Shown: positions 1 to 9,699 of the stretch, piece by piece
Layout of the letters: each line of letters starts with the position of its first letter
How positions within the stretch are numbered: the stretch's first letter is position 1
The notes under the pieces: model-generated
What the model was told of the DNA's origin: nothing
Seen by the model: only the letters and a program-made list of their open reading frames with translations
Database searches by the model: none
Position numbers and translations under genes: made by a program
Assembly: GCA_963738405.1 (NCBI GenBank)
Contig: CAVTWJ010000001.1
Location: 32,001-96,000 of the forward strand
Direction: 5' to 3'
Source: a candidate division FCPU426 bacterium
GTDB taxonomy: Bacteria > Oederibacteriota > Muellerivitia > Muellerivitales > Muellerivitaceae
Length of the DNA stretch: 64,000 nt

Positions 1-615
1 CCCTATTACGCGGAAGGGTCCAAGACCCTGGGGTTTGAGACCTGCGAGCAGTTGGGCTGGAAGATGCCCGAACAGGTGGTGGTGCCGGTGGCTTCCGGGT
101 CGCTCCTGACTAAAATTTGGAAAGGCACCCAGGAATTCGTGAAAGTGGGGCTGATCCAACAAGGGAAAATGAGGGTCTTTGGGGCCCAGGCCGAGGGCTG
201 TTCCCCCGTGACCACGGCCTTTAAGAACAAGACCGATACCTTCAAGCCGGTCAAACCCAATACCATCGCCAAGTCGCTCGCCATCGGCAATCCGGCGGAC
301 GGCTATTACGCCTTGAAGACCATCGCAGAGTCGGGAGGCGCCGCTGAAATGGCCTCGGACCCGGAAATTATTGAAGGAATCAAGCTTTTGGCCCGCACCG
401 AAGGCATATTCGCCGAAACCGCCGGCGGTGTCACCATCGCCTGCCTGAAGAAACTGGCCGAATCGGGCCAGCTCGATAAAAACGCCCTCACTGTGGCTTA
501 CATTACGGGTACGGGTTTGAAAACCCAGGAAGCGGTGGCGGACAGTTTGGGAGAAGTGAAAGTGATCCAGCCGAATTTGGAAGCTTTCGAGGCCAGCCAG
601 TTGGTAAGGGCCTAA
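1..615 (+). CDS. thrC: Threonine synthase-like PLP enzyme (fold type II), 5'-truncated by window edge
   Basis: Frame 1 is open from base 1 (PYYAEGSKTLGFE...). Motifs VPVASGSLL, PNTIAKSLAIGNPADG, EGIFAETAGG and YITGTGLKT are typical of the ThrC-like family. Confidence 0.85.
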   Translation, partial: PYYAEGSKTLGFETCEQLGWKMPEQVVVPVASGSLLTKIWKGTQEFVKVGLIQQGKMRVFGAQAEGCSPVTTAFKNKTDTFKPVKPNTIAKSLAIGNPADGYYALKTIAESGGAAEMASDPEIIEGIKLLARTEGIFAETAGGVTIACLKKLAESGQLDKNALTVAYITGTGLKTQEAVADSLGEVKVIQPNLEAFEASQLVRA

Positions 616-1478
616 AAGGGAACCAAGTTCCTTCCACAGTCATGGCACAGGCCTTTTTCGATCGTGTATTGAATCTCGCATCTCGGGCAGTAGCTTTGGT
701 GCGAGGGGTGGGTGGGGGCGGGCGATGCCAAGCTCGCCTGATAGGTCAATCCGATTTGCGCCATCCAAAGGGTCAGGGCCTTCAGTTCTTTTTCTGGGCT
801 GTTAGTCAGCAGAAGATGAGGTTCTTTTTTATCCCGTGACGATACGGCGGGATATTTGAGTTCCAACAACCAGCGCCTGAAAAATTTGTTTCTTTCTTCC
901 TCCTCCAAAAGAATCTTTCCAACCGCAAAGGGATGAAAATCCACAAAAAGTTCCGCTCCCAGCAGATCCATGGCCCGGGAAGACTGCCAAGGCGAGAAAA
1001 GGCAGAGAAAAAGGCATTTCCACCGCGCTTTTTCTTGGTCAGGGTAAAGGACTTTGTGGGCTGTCCATAAGGATTGGATGAGAGCAATGTGCAAGTAAAG
1101 GAAACCGCAGAAGAGAAGAAACCATACCGGGCCAGATCCCAAACGAAACTCATAGATGAAGATGGCCAAAGTCACCACCAGCAACAAACACCTGGAAAAC
1201 CAAAAGAGATCCTCCGTCTTTTGACGATAAAGGTCTAAACGAGATTGAGCTTTCTCCCATTGGAGGCTTTTTCCCAAGGGCGGGGCGGTGCCCGGCGGGG
1301 GAAAGCGGTAGGCGAAACCCTGGGGATAGGGATTCCTGAAACCTAAGGCGGGCCCACGGGTAAGTCTGAAGCGTTTGTAATGGGAAAGCATCAGCCACCC
1401 CCCCGCCGGGAGGGGAATCACGCACTCGCTTAAATAGAGGGCGGCGGCGATGAAAACGAAGAGATGAAAGTGGATCAA
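612..1478 (-). CDS. Hypothetical membrane protein with C-terminal zinc-ribbon (CPRC...CHDC)
   Basis: 288-aa ORF with several hydrophobic segments and a terminal CxxC-x10-CxxC. Confidence 0.6.
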   Translation of the reverse strand: MIHFHLFVFIAAALYLSECVIPLPAGGWLMLSHYKRFRLTRGPALGFRNPYPQGFAYRFPPPGTAPPLGKSLQWEKAQSRLDLYRQKTEDLFWFSRCLLLVVTLAIFIYEFRLGSGPVWFLLFCGFLYLHIALIQSLWTAHKVLYPDQEKARWKCLFLCLFSPWQSSRAMDLLGAELFVDFHPFAVGKILLEEEERNKFFRRWLLELKYPAVSSRDKKEPHLLLTNSPEKELKALTLWMAQIGLTYQASLASPAPTHPSHQSYCPRCEIQYTIEKGLCHDCGRNLVPF

Positions 1479-1509
1479 GAAGGCCCCTTAACGGAGCTTC
1501 CGGCCGGAA

Positions 1510-2400
1510 TTATTTAATAACCGCCGGAGGCTGGGAATCATCCCCTTCGCCGGAAATGGTCCCTTTTTTGCCTCCTCCGAACAGCCTTTTGAAAAACCTC
1601 GAAACGACCGCCAAACCCGCCACCACCAAGGCCCAAGCCTTGGCAAGAAAGGGGAGTATCAGGGCCCAAAGTTTGCCGAGGATTCCGGACTTGGCCGCCA
1701 GGGCTCCCGCTCCGCCAACCACCAGGGCCGCGAGCCCGTATTCGGCCACCTTGTCGCCGGTGGTCCATTCGGCGTATTTGTTGCCGGTGGTGAAATCGAA
1801 GCCGCCGATGTCGTTATTGAAACGCCCCAAAACTGCGGTCATATCGGCGGAATTGGGAACCAGGGTCACCACCATCACGCCCTTGCGCCCCAAAATCTTG
1901 GTGCTGTAATTGACGAATTCCTCGCCTTTTTCCTTCAGTCTCTCGGCCCACTCCAGCCGGTGATTGTCCGGGTTGTACTGGGGCTTCAGTTCCCAACCCA
2001 CCAGGTCCATGGCGTCCCACCCCTTTTGCGCCCTTTCCTTGTTCGCTTCCTTGTTGTTGTCCAGCATGGTCTGCCACATCGCGTCGGCATCCAGCTTTTC
2101 CTTGTCCGCGTCCTTGATGTAGCCGACATCGTCGAAACTAAAGAGGGCCATATAGCCGGATTTTTCATCCTGGGAATAGAGCACGCCCAGGTCGTTATCC
2201 GAATAGAAGTTATGGGTTTGATCCATGAATGCCTTCATGTCCTTTTGTTGGATAAAGACATAACCGGCGGGAACCTTCACTTCGCCGATGTCACCCAATT
2301 TCCCGGTGGTGGGCCCTTTGAGGGGCTGAATTTCAGCGAAGAGGGAAGTGGTCGAGAGCAGGAGCAGGAGGCAGAGCGGGAAGCACAAAGAAATTTTCAT
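1510..2400 (-). CDS. DUF2167 family membrane-anchored protein
   Basis: Start reassigned to ATG 2400 (AGAAGGA RBS, signal peptide MKISLCFPLCLLLLL). Motifs GYIKDADKEKLDAD, GWELKPQY, LGRKGV, GDKVAEYGLAALVVGG. Confidence 0.85.
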   Translation of the reverse strand: MKISLCFPLCLLLLLSTTSLFAEIQPLKGPTTGKLGDIGEVKVPAGYVFIQQKDMKAFMDQTHNFYSDNDLGVLYSQDEKSGYMALFSFDDVGYIKDADKEKLDADAMWQTMLDNNKEANKERAQKGWDAMDLVGWELKPQYNPDNHRLEWAERLKEKGEEFVNYSTKILGRKGVMVVTLVPNSADMTAVLGRFNNDIGGFDFTTGNKYAEWTTGDKVAEYGLAALVVGGAGALAAKSGILGKLWALILPFLAKAWALVVAGLAVVSRFFKRLFGGGKKGTISGEGDDSQPPAVIK

Positions 2401-2498
2401 GATCAATCCTTCTGGTTTGATGGCCAAGCGCGGACAGTATAGAAGAAACGGCTCGAAATCTTCATCAGGTCTTTTAACGATTCCAACAAAACCTATTC

Positions 2499-2614
2499 TT
2501 TCACCACCAAGACACCAAGGCACCAAGAACTACATTAGACAAATAAGTGAAAAACGATGTAAATCCGAATCGATTTTTAGTTTTTCTTGGTGACTTGGTG
2601 TCTTGGTGGTGAAA
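2499..2614. repeat. Miniature inverted-repeat element, 31-bp arms built from CACCAAG(N) octamers (copy 1)
   Basis: 2499-2529 TTTCACCACCAAGACACCAAGGCACCAAGAA versus 2584-2614 TTCTTGGTGACTTGGTGTCTTGGTGGTGAAA: reverse complement with 1 mismatch, AT-rich 54-bp core. Confidence 0.9.
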
Positions 2615-2647
2615 ATGGTATTTTCTTTTAAGTTTTGTAATAGTTTC

Positions 2648-3634
2648 TTAGTCTTTATTGACCATTTTGGCCATCATTTCGCCGTAACGCTCCCCTTGCA
2701 CCTTGAACGAAGCGAGGATTTTTTCCACCTCGGCAAAATCCCCGTCGGTCAGGGGCAGGTTTGTCGCAGAGGCGTTTTCCTCCAAATGCTTTACTTGGGT
2801 TGTGCCGGGGATAGGCACCACATCGGCACCCTTTCTTAACAGCCAAGCTAAGGCCACTTGGGAAGGAGTGGCCTGGTGCTTCGCCCCGATTTTTCGAACC
2901 TCATCGACTAGGCGGATATTGGCTTTAAAGTTTTCACCCTGAAAACGCGGAAGGTTTCGGCGCATGTCGCCCTCGGCCAAGTCCTCGTAACGCTGGATCG
3001 AACCCGTCAGGAAGCCCCGCCCCACCGGGCTGAAGGGCACAAGCCCGATCTTGAGTTCCCGCAAAACCGGAATAATCTTGTCCTCCAGGCCTGTCTCCCA
3101 AAGGGAATACTCGCTTTGCAAGGCTGTGATAGGGTGAACCGCATGCGCCCGCCGAAGGGTATTGGGGCCGACCTCGCTCAGGCCGATATAGTTCACTTTG
3201 CCCTCCTTCACCAGTTGGGCCATGCCCTCAATGGTTTCCTCGATGGGCACCTTGGGATCCGCCCGGTGTAAATAAAGAAGGTCAATGTAATGGGTTTGAA
3301 GACGCAGGAGCGAGCCTTCCACAGCCCTGCGGGCGTTTTGCGGGGAACCGTCAAGGTTTTCAACCCCGGTCATTCCGCCCTTCCAAGCGAACTTGGTGGC
3401 CACCACCACCTCTTTGCGCCTTCCCGCCATAGCCTTTCCCAATAGTTCCTCATTCTTGAAAGGACCGTAAGCTTCGGCGGTGTCCCAAAAGTTGATGCCC
3501 AGTTCTAAAGACCGGTGAAGGGTTTTTATGGATTCCCCCTCGTCAGCCTTGCCATAGGCAAAGCTCATGCCCATACAGCCCAGTCCAAGAGCAGATACTT
3601 CCAAACCCTGATTTCCAAGTTTGCGCTTGTCCAT
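2648..3634 (-). CDS. Aldo/keto reductase
   Basis: MDKRKLG...LGLGCMGMS, DTAEAYG, ATKF, IDLLYLHR, LQSEYSLW, PIPGT. Start at ATG 3634. Confidence 0.95.
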   Translation of the reverse strand: MDKRKLGNQGLEVSALGLGCMGMSFAYGKADEGESIKTLHRSLELGINFWDTAEAYGPFKNEELLGKAMAGRRKEVVVATKFAWKGGMTGVENLDGSPQNARRAVEGSLLRLQTHYIDLLYLHRADPKVPIEETIEGMAQLVKEGKVNYIGLSEVGPNTLRRAHAVHPITALQSEYSLWETGLEDKIIPVLRELKIGLVPFSPVGRGFLTGSIQRYEDLAEGDMRRNLPRFQGENFKANIRLVDEVRKIGAKHQATPSQVALAWLLRKGADVVPIPGTTQVKHLEENASATNLPLTDGDFAEVEKILASFKVQGERYGEMMAKMVNKD

Positions 3635-3742
3635 TGTTTTTCTGCCTCTTTGTTGAATAGAGTACATCAGCATTCAGACACTTCATTTTGATGGTTTGAA
3701 ACCTAGATTCCAAGTGGTTCAAAAGCACAAGGAGGCCGGGCC

Positions 3743-4489
3743 ATGAAATTAACGGGACGCACGATTCTGATTACAGGCGGGGGTTCGGGCATTGGGGGCG
3801 GGCTGGCAGAGGCTTTTCACGAGAAGGGCAACAAGGTTATTATCACGGGCCGTCGTCCCAAGGTTTTGAAGGAAATGACCCAAAAACATAAGGGCATGGA
3901 AGCCTTCGCCATGGACGTGTCGTCCGAAACCGATGTTCAAAGGCTTTTTAAAGTCGTCTCCAAAAAATTTCCGACCCTGGATGTGGTCGTTAATAACGCC
4001 GGGTTGATGTTGTGGCCCGATTTCGCGCTTCATCAAAGGCTGGGGCCGACACTTTATGATGAAATTGATATCAACCTGAAAGGTTTGATCCGAGTCACGG
4101 CGGCCTTTTTGCCCCTCTTGACCAAACAAAAAGAGGCGACGCTGGTCAACGTCAGTTCTGGTCTGGCTTTTGTGCCCCTGGCTGGCACCCCCATCTATTG
4201 CGCTACCAAAGCGGCGGTGCACAGCTTTTCGGATTCGCTTCGCCATCAGCTTCGAAAGACCTCGGTTGAAGTCATCGAATTGGCTCCGCCTGCGGTTAAA
4301 ACCGAACTGGGCGAGGCGCCTGGGCAACCTAGCCGGGATTATCCCCGAATGCCGCTGGACCCATTTATCACTGAAACCATGAAGGCTTTGGGGTCGGGAA
4401 AGAAAGAACTTTTGATCGGCGCCGCCAAATTTTTGAAAACAGGCTCCCGATTCTTTCCAGGCAGGGTCTTCAAAATGCTGAATCCCTGA
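3743..4489 (+). CDS. Short-chain dehydrogenase/reductase (DltE-like)
   Basis: ITGGGSGIG, NNAG, NVSSGLAFVP, YCATKAAVHSF; RBS AAGGAGG. Confidence 0.92.
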   Translation: MKLTGRTILITGGGSGIGGGLAEAFHEKGNKVIITGRRPKVLKEMTQKHKGMEAFAMDVSSETDVQRLFKVVSKKFPTLDVVVNNAGLMLWPDFALHQRLGPTLYDEIDINLKGLIRVTAAFLPLLTKQKEATLVNVSSGLAFVPLAGTPIYCATKAAVHSFSDSLRHQLRKTSVEVIELAPPAVKTELGEAPGQPSRDYPRMPLDPFITETMKALGSGKKELLIGAAKFLKTGSRFFPGRVFKMLNP

Positions 4490-4689
4490 TTGGGCCGTTG
4501 TTGGCGCCAAAGCCGCAAAGGTGTTGCGGTTATCGCTTTGCTGATTCCATGTAAGCGTAGCCGATAGGCTATTACGGCCCTTCCTCCAACCCCTCAGCGT
4601 CTATATCTTCGTAACTGGAAAAGGATGACGAGTCATTGAAATTATGTCCTTTAAAACCAGGTGTCTGAACCATTTCAGGAGGAACAAAG

Positions 4690-5271
4690 ATGAATAAGAG
4701 ACTTTGGCTGGCAAGTTTGTTTGCAGGCGCTTTGGTAGGCTCTACGGTGATGCTCTATGCCGACGAAGCCAAGAACCAAGCGGGGGATGGCGGGCAAGTC
4801 GCGACCGATAACGCTCCCCAGGGCGGGGATGAAGGCGGGCACCATGGAATGGGTCTGGAAAAAATGAAGGAGAAATTGGGCCTTACGGACGATCAGGCAA
4901 CCCAGATGAAAGCCCTGTTCAAGTCTCGGATGGATTCGGGAAAGACCTTGAGGGACCAGATGAAGGTGGATTTGGACATCTTGAAGCAAAAGGTAGATGC
5001 CAAGGCTTCCAATGGTGATTTGAAAAGCGCCCTAGACACCCTTTCCGCTGACAAGAAGGCGATGGATAAGAACCGCCAGAGGATGGAAGATCAGGTTCGT
5101 CAAATTCTCACCCCCATGCAACAGGCTAAATTGGTTCTCAGCATGCAGGAGAGGGGCGGGGAAATGATGAAAAAGTGGATGAAACATCGTAAAGACGGCA
5201 AAGACGGCATGGATAAAGATGGAGATAACGATAGAGGCGATTCGGGTAACCCTCCTCCCGCCGCTAACTAA
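4690..5271 (+). CDS. Spy/CpxP family periplasmic chaperone (LTXXQ motifs)
   Basis: Signal peptide, LGLTDDQ and ILTPMQQ motifs, Met/Lys-rich helical; RBS AGGAGG. Confidence 0.85.
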   Translation: MNKRLWLASLFAGALVGSTVMLYADEAKNQAGDGGQVATDNAPQGGDEGGHHGMGLEKMKEKLGLTDDQATQMKALFKSRMDSGKTLRDQMKVDLDILKQKVDAKASNGDLKSALDTLSADKKAMDKNRQRMEDQVRQILTPMQQAKLVLSMQERGGEMMKKWMKHRKDGKDGMDKDGDNDRGDSGNPPPAAN

Positions 5272-5298
5272 ACTTTCACACAACAAAAGACTTTCCTC

Positions 5299-5333
5299 AA
5301 AGCGCCTGGGTTCACCGCCCAGGCGCTTTTTTT
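5299..5333 (+). terminator. Rho-independent terminator
   Basis: AAAGCGCCTGGG-ttcaccg-CCCAGGCGCTTT followed by a T-run. Confidence 0.85.
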
Positions 5334-5385
5334 ATTTTCCTGAACAAGTAGGGATAGATAATGTTGGTACTCTTATTTTTGAGAC

Positions 5386-6618
5386 GTGGTTTTATCCTCT
5401 TTAATCCAAAGGCTTTCCGTGAACGGTGGTTCAATAAAAGGTTGTGGAAGAAACCTCTGCTCGCTATTGCTTTTATTTCTGCTTTTTCCGCTCGTGCTTT
5501 TAACCCAAGGCTGTACCCTTTTGTTCGTGGCCAAGGGTCAAACCCGGTACATCGAAAACAAAACCGCTCAGGTTCCACCCGCTGTTTCGCAATCCGCCCA
5601 AATGAGCAAGACCGTCGTTTTGAGGTATAAGGTCCAGGAAGGCGACAGCTTTCAATCGATCGCGGTTCTTTATTACGGGCAGGCGGCCCAAGCGGCTAAG
5701 ATCGCCTCCGCCAACCACATGACTTTGAAGTCTAAGCTAAAAGTGGGAAAGTTATTGCGGATTGTGGACCCGGTTAATTTTCCAAGTCCCAAGGACCTGA
5801 CGAGGTTAAAGACCGGGGCAGGTACCGAAACCCCAACCCCTGAGCCGGGACCCATTTCCCATCTGGATACTACCCCCGAAAATATAACCCAGGTTCCAAG
5901 GCCCAGGGTCAACGGGGCTTTCGGGGCGGGGGAAAAGCTCACTTTTGAAGTTAAAGCCCTCTCGATGGTTGGGGGCTATGGTGTTTTAGAAGTTGGGGAC
6001 TCGGTCATGGTTCGGGGGCGCCCCTGTTTTCCGCTTTCCGCCAGGGCCTCCACGGTTTTTCCCTTCAGCGCCTTTTTCCAGGTGCATGACGTTCAAACCA
6101 GCTATTTCGACACCGTGGATTTCGTTCCCTGGAAATTCGAAAATGACCTATTGGAAGGAAAGCATCAGGGCCAAAACTTGGAGTTGTACGACCAGGTCCG
6201 CCATAAGGCTGTCCGGGCCAAGGGCGGTGAACCGCCTGAAGAAATGGATGTGGCGCCTTTCTCGCAAGATATTATTTCCTGCTTTTACTACTTCCGCCTT
6301 CTACCCCTGGAGGTTGGGAAGAATTATTCCATCCCCGCCCAGGCCGCGGGAAAAAACTATAATCTGATCGTGGAAGTCATTAAAAAGGACCATGTGACCG
6401 TTCCTTCCGGTACCTATGACTGCCTGCTGGTGAAACCCCATGTGCGTTACGCCACGGTTTTTCGCAACACGGACGATATCGATATTTGGCTCACCGACGA
6501 CGAGAGACATTTGCCCGTGTTGGTCCGCAGCAAAATATTTATTGGAAGCGTGGAAGCGGCCCTCATTAGCGCTAACTTGCCGAAATTTGAGGGTAATGAT
6601 AAAAAGGCCGGGCTCTAA
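5386..6618 (+). CDS. LysM + DUF3108 domain putative lipoprotein (start uncertain)
   Basis: Lipobox-like LTQGC, LysM (YKVQEGDSFQSIA...IASAN), Pro-rich linker, then DUF3108-like (GEKLTF, QDIISCFYYFR, VTVPSGTYDC, IWLTDDERHLPV). Confidence 0.75.
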   Translation: MVLSSLIQRLSVNGGSIKGCGRNLCSLLLLFLLFPLVLLTQGCTLLFVAKGQTRYIENKTAQVPPAVSQSAQMSKTVVLRYKVQEGDSFQSIAVLYYGQAAQAAKIASANHMTLKSKLKVGKLLRIVDPVNFPSPKDLTRLKTGAGTETPTPEPGPISHLDTTPENITQVPRPRVNGAFGAGEKLTFEVKALSMVGGYGVLEVGDSVMVRGRPCFPLSARASTVFPFSAFFQVHDVQTSYFDTVDFVPWKFENDLLEGKHQGQNLELYDQVRHKAVRAKGGEPPEEMDVAPFSQDIISCFYYFRLLPLEVGKNYSIPAQAAGKNYNLIVEVIKKDHVTVPSGTYDCLLVKPHVRYATVFRNTDDIDIWLTDDERHLPVLVRSKIFIGSVEAALISANLPKFEGNDKKAGL

Positions 6619-6659
6619 AGGGACAGGGAAGTTGCCAGTGAAAAGGGGAGAGCTAAACC

Positions 6660-7226
6660 TTGAAAAGGAATATATTTCTGGCGGTGTTGCTGGCCTTGTT
6701 TAGCTTGGAAAAAGCCTGCGCCGAGGGGCCCTTGGTTTCCTCAATGCCCGCTCAGCCTATCGAGACCCATATGGACCTGGGGTTATTTGGCCTCTTGGGC
6801 GGGTCCATGGAATATTCCGTTGATAGCAAGAAAATCACGCGTTATGAGGATTTTAAATTCTACATTTATCCCATCCGAGACGCTGAAGCCTCCCAACTGA
6901 TCCGTGAGGCTGAAGCGGATCACTTTGCGGCTGAAATGTTTTATGGTTCCGGCATTGTCTGCGGTTTGGATGTAGCCTTGTTTTTAAATCCGACGCCCTT
7001 TGTTCATGTCGATTGGATCGACCGGATTGGGACAGGGGTTTTTGTGGCTCAGCTTTTCGTGGCCGTCGGCGCTCTCTTTGACACGAACGGGGAAGGGCGT
7101 AAATACAACGCGGTTCAGCGCTACAACCATTTGGCCCTCGAAAAAAAAGAGACGTTCCTGGGGCTCACTCCTCAAGTTGACCTGGGTCAAAAGAGCCCTG
7201 AATTTGTCCTGTCAAAAACCTTTTAA
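6660..7226 (+). CDS. Hypothetical exported/membrane protein
   Basis: TTG start with GGGGAG RBS, signal peptide, two hydrophobic segments, terminal Phe. Confidence 0.55.
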   Translation: MKRNIFLAVLLALFSLEKACAEGPLVSSMPAQPIETHMDLGLFGLLGGSMEYSVDSKKITRYEDFKFYIYPIRDAEASQLIREAEADHFAAEMFYGSGIVCGLDVALFLNPTPFVHVDWIDRIGTGVFVAQLFVAVGALFDTNGEGRKYNAVQRYNHLALEKKETFLGLTPQVDLGQKSPEFVLSKTF

Positions 7227-7312
7227 TTCAAACCCTTCTGTCGAATATTTTTACAAGGTGTGATAATGATGGCGTGGCAGTCCCAGACGAACCGCAAGGA
7301 TAATGACACCCC

Positions 7313-7927
7313 ATGCTTAAACAACTCGCGGCGGCGCTGCTGATGCTGGTTTGGTTTTTGTCGGTCAGCTATCTCGCCATTCTCACCAACTGGTTTCAGG
7401 AAGGCCTCTCCCTAGAAGCGTCCATGGTCGCGACTCCCCTTTTTATTAACGCGGCATTGACCACCTTTTTGACGGTTTGGGCCTACTTTTCCCAAAGCAA
7501 GGTCCTTTTATGGATGGGTTTTTTAGCCGCCATCATTGGGGGCGGTTTTGTGGTCCACAGGCAAATGGTGGTCTTTGGCGAAATGCCGTCTTTGAATATG
7601 AACCAAGTCAGCAAAAGCCCGGTGGGGGTGCTTCAAACCCAAAAGGGCGAAGTGGATTACTGGATAGAGCTCAAAAACCCTTTTACGACGGGCCATGCGG
7701 AATTTTTGATGATCAAACAGGGAAGCGACTACCACACAGTCACGGTCCCGATCTTCAATGGGCCCACGAGGGGTTATGCCGAAGCGGCCAAGGTGGAAGA
7801 CTGGGGCAAATTAGCGCCTACCGCCAAGCCCGATCTATTCATCTTTACGGTCAATAAAAGTCTCTCTTCCGCGGGGCGCTTTAGGGTGAATTTGAAGACC
7901 GAAAAAGCCGTGAAGATGAGGTCTTGA
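7313..7927 (+). CDS. Hypothetical membrane protein (3 N-terminal TM helices + soluble domain)
   Basis: 204-aa ORF with AAGGA RBS and a hydrophobic N-terminal third. Confidence 0.6.
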   Translation: MLKQLAAALLMLVWFLSVSYLAILTNWFQEGLSLEASMVATPLFINAALTTFLTVWAYFSQSKVLLWMGFLAAIIGGGFVVHRQMVVFGEMPSLNMNQVSKSPVGVLQTQKGEVDYWIELKNPFTTGHAEFLMIKQGSDYHTVTVPIFNGPTRGYAEAAKVEDWGKLAPTAKPDLFIFTVNKSLSSAGRFRVNLKTEKAVKMRS

Positions 7928-8049
7928 GGGGGCGGATTTAGTTATTTTCTTCCCCTCAACGTAACATTTCCGCGTTTCCCGCAGTATGTTAAACAGATTA
8001 TATTTTCCGTTTCTCATTCGCAGAACCACACCATCCCCAGGGGGAAAAA

Positions 8050-8694
8050 ATGACAAAGTCTTTGATCATCGGCTTCGTTACGATTTTTTTATTGGCGGTG
8101 TTGGTAACAATCGTCCGGGCCTCCGCGGACCCATATCCCGTGGCGCCCTCGGCCCAGGAAGTTCATCCTCTGGGGGTAGGCGGAACGGTTCCGGATGGCA
8201 CCCTTACCACTCTTGAAGGTAAGAAGGTGAGGCTTCTAAACCTCATCGCGCAAAAACCAACCGTGATTATCTTTTACCGGGGCGGCTGGTGCCCCTACTG
8301 CAACCTGCAAATGGGCCAGCTGGTAAAAATAGAACCCGAACTGGCGGGAATGGGCTACCAGGTTTTGGCCATCAGCCCGGACCAGCCCAAGAAGCTGAAA
8401 GAAAGCCTCGATAAGCACCAGATCAACTACACCCTTTTATCGGACAGTGCCCTGGAGGTCATCCGCAAATTCGGCCTGGCCTACCAGGTGAGCCCAGAAA
8501 TATACGGCAAGATGAAAGGGTTTGGGGTCGATTTGGATGGCGCCACGGGCAACCATCTGCACCAGCTTCCGGTGCCGGCCGCCTACGTGGTGGATCCAAG
8601 GGGAAGCATTCATTTTGTTTATTACAACCAGGACATCAAGGTTCGTGTGAACCCGGATGCCCTTTTAAAAGCCGCTAAGGAGGCCAAACCATGA
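8050..8694 (+). CDS. Peroxiredoxin-like AhpC/TSA family protein
   Basis: FYRGGWCPYCNLQ, LAISPD, LLSDS, LPVPAAYVVD; N-terminal signal/anchor. Confidence 0.9.
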   Translation: MTKSLIIGFVTIFLLAVLVTIVRASADPYPVAPSAQEVHPLGVGGTVPDGTLTTLEGKKVRLLNLIAQKPTVIIFYRGGWCPYCNLQMGQLVKIEPELAGMGYQVLAISPDQPKKLKESLDKHQINYTLLSDSALEVIRKFGLAYQVSPEIYGKMKGFGVDLDGATGNHLHQLPVPAAYVVDPRGSIHFVYYNQDIKVRVNPDALLKAAKEAKP

Positions 8695-9044
8695 AGGTCA
8701 TCAGCGCGAAGGTTCACGGCTTTTTAGATTATTTGGTCGTTTTGATATTTCTTGTTGCGCCCTCGGCGCTCCATTTGTCGATGGTGCCGGGCGCCATTTC
8801 CTATACCCTGGCGGGGGTTCACTTAGGGTTAACCCTGCTGACCGATTTTCCCCTGGGCGCCTTCAAGCTGGTTCCCTTGAAATGGCATGGCATGGTCGAA
8901 ATGATCGTGGGACCCGCGTTGATCGCCCTGCCATTTATCCTTGGCTTCACCTCCGAACCCGCGGCGGAATATTTTTACGTCGTGAACGGGGCCGTGATCC
9001 TAGTGGTTTGGTTTTTAACGGATTATTCCACCGCCAAAGGCTAG
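8691..9044 (+). CDS. Small 4-TM membrane protein (SPW-repeat-like)
   Basis: ATGA overlap with the upstream gene; VHGFLDY...LTDFPLG...WH...LTDY pattern. Confidence 0.7.
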   Translation: MKVISAKVHGFLDYLVVLIFLVAPSALHLSMVPGAISYTLAGVHLGLTLLTDFPLGAFKLVPLKWHGMVEMIVGPALIALPFILGFTSEPAAEYFYVVNGAVILVVWFLTDYSTAKG

Positions 9045-9050
9045 TAAAAG

Positions 9051-9689
9051 CTGATAAAGCCAAACGGGTCCCTAGTCCTTTTCTTTCTCCTGGCTTTGCC
9101 CGCCTGCCGGGCTCAATCCAACTACCCGGATAAACCGGGAACTCTCTTCATCCGCCAGCAAATCTGCGACCTTAATGACTTTAAAAAGGGTTTCTTCAGC
9201 CCGAAGAACGACCTCAAGGGCCGGGGTTTCCTGTCCTATGGCTTTTACCGCGATCCCGGCGACCCCAAGACCTATATCATTACCCTCACATGCACGGATC
9301 TGAATCGGGCGGTCACCTTTATCCAAAGTTCCAACTTTTACGTGTCCTGCGTGGGGGCGGGGCTTGGCTTGCCGGTGATTTGGGCCGGGGAGGATGAGAA
9401 GGTAAGCCCCTATACGGGCATCCCCCCTAAGCCGGGCGCCATAGTCGTGGCCCGGGTGGAGGTGGGGAACCCCACTTTCTGGGAAAAGGCTTGGAAGGAT
9501 GTAGCTGGTTACAGCATGTATGAGCTTCCCGAAAGGCCCGGTGTGGTAATCCTATCCCGTAAGATGCCGGATATGGCCCAGGCCAGGGCGTTCGTAAGGG
9601 CCCAGTCCTTAAAAAGCACCATGGAGGCCGAAGGGGTTACCCGGATGGACTTCTGGGTTGGGGGTAGGCTGGAGGAAGGGGCTTTTTAG
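9051..9689 (+). CDS. Hypothetical putative lipoprotein (non-canonical CTG/ATA start suspected; track start 9096)
   Basis: Frame is open back to TAA at 9045. Upstream codons give LIKPNGSLVLFFLLALPA-C, a lipoprotein-like signal. Confidence 0.5.
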   Translation: MIKPNGSLVLFFLLALPACRAQSNYPDKPGTLFIRQQICDLNDFKKGFFSPKNDLKGRGFLSYGFYRDPGDPKTYIITLTCTDLNRAVTFIQSSNFYVSCVGAGLGLPVIWAGEDEKVSPYTGIPPKPGAIVVARVEVGNPTFWEKAWKDVAGYSMYELPERPGVVILSRKMPDMAQARAFVRAQSLKSTMEAEGVTRMDFWVGGRLEEGAF

Positions 9690-9699
9690 ACCCGGACGT

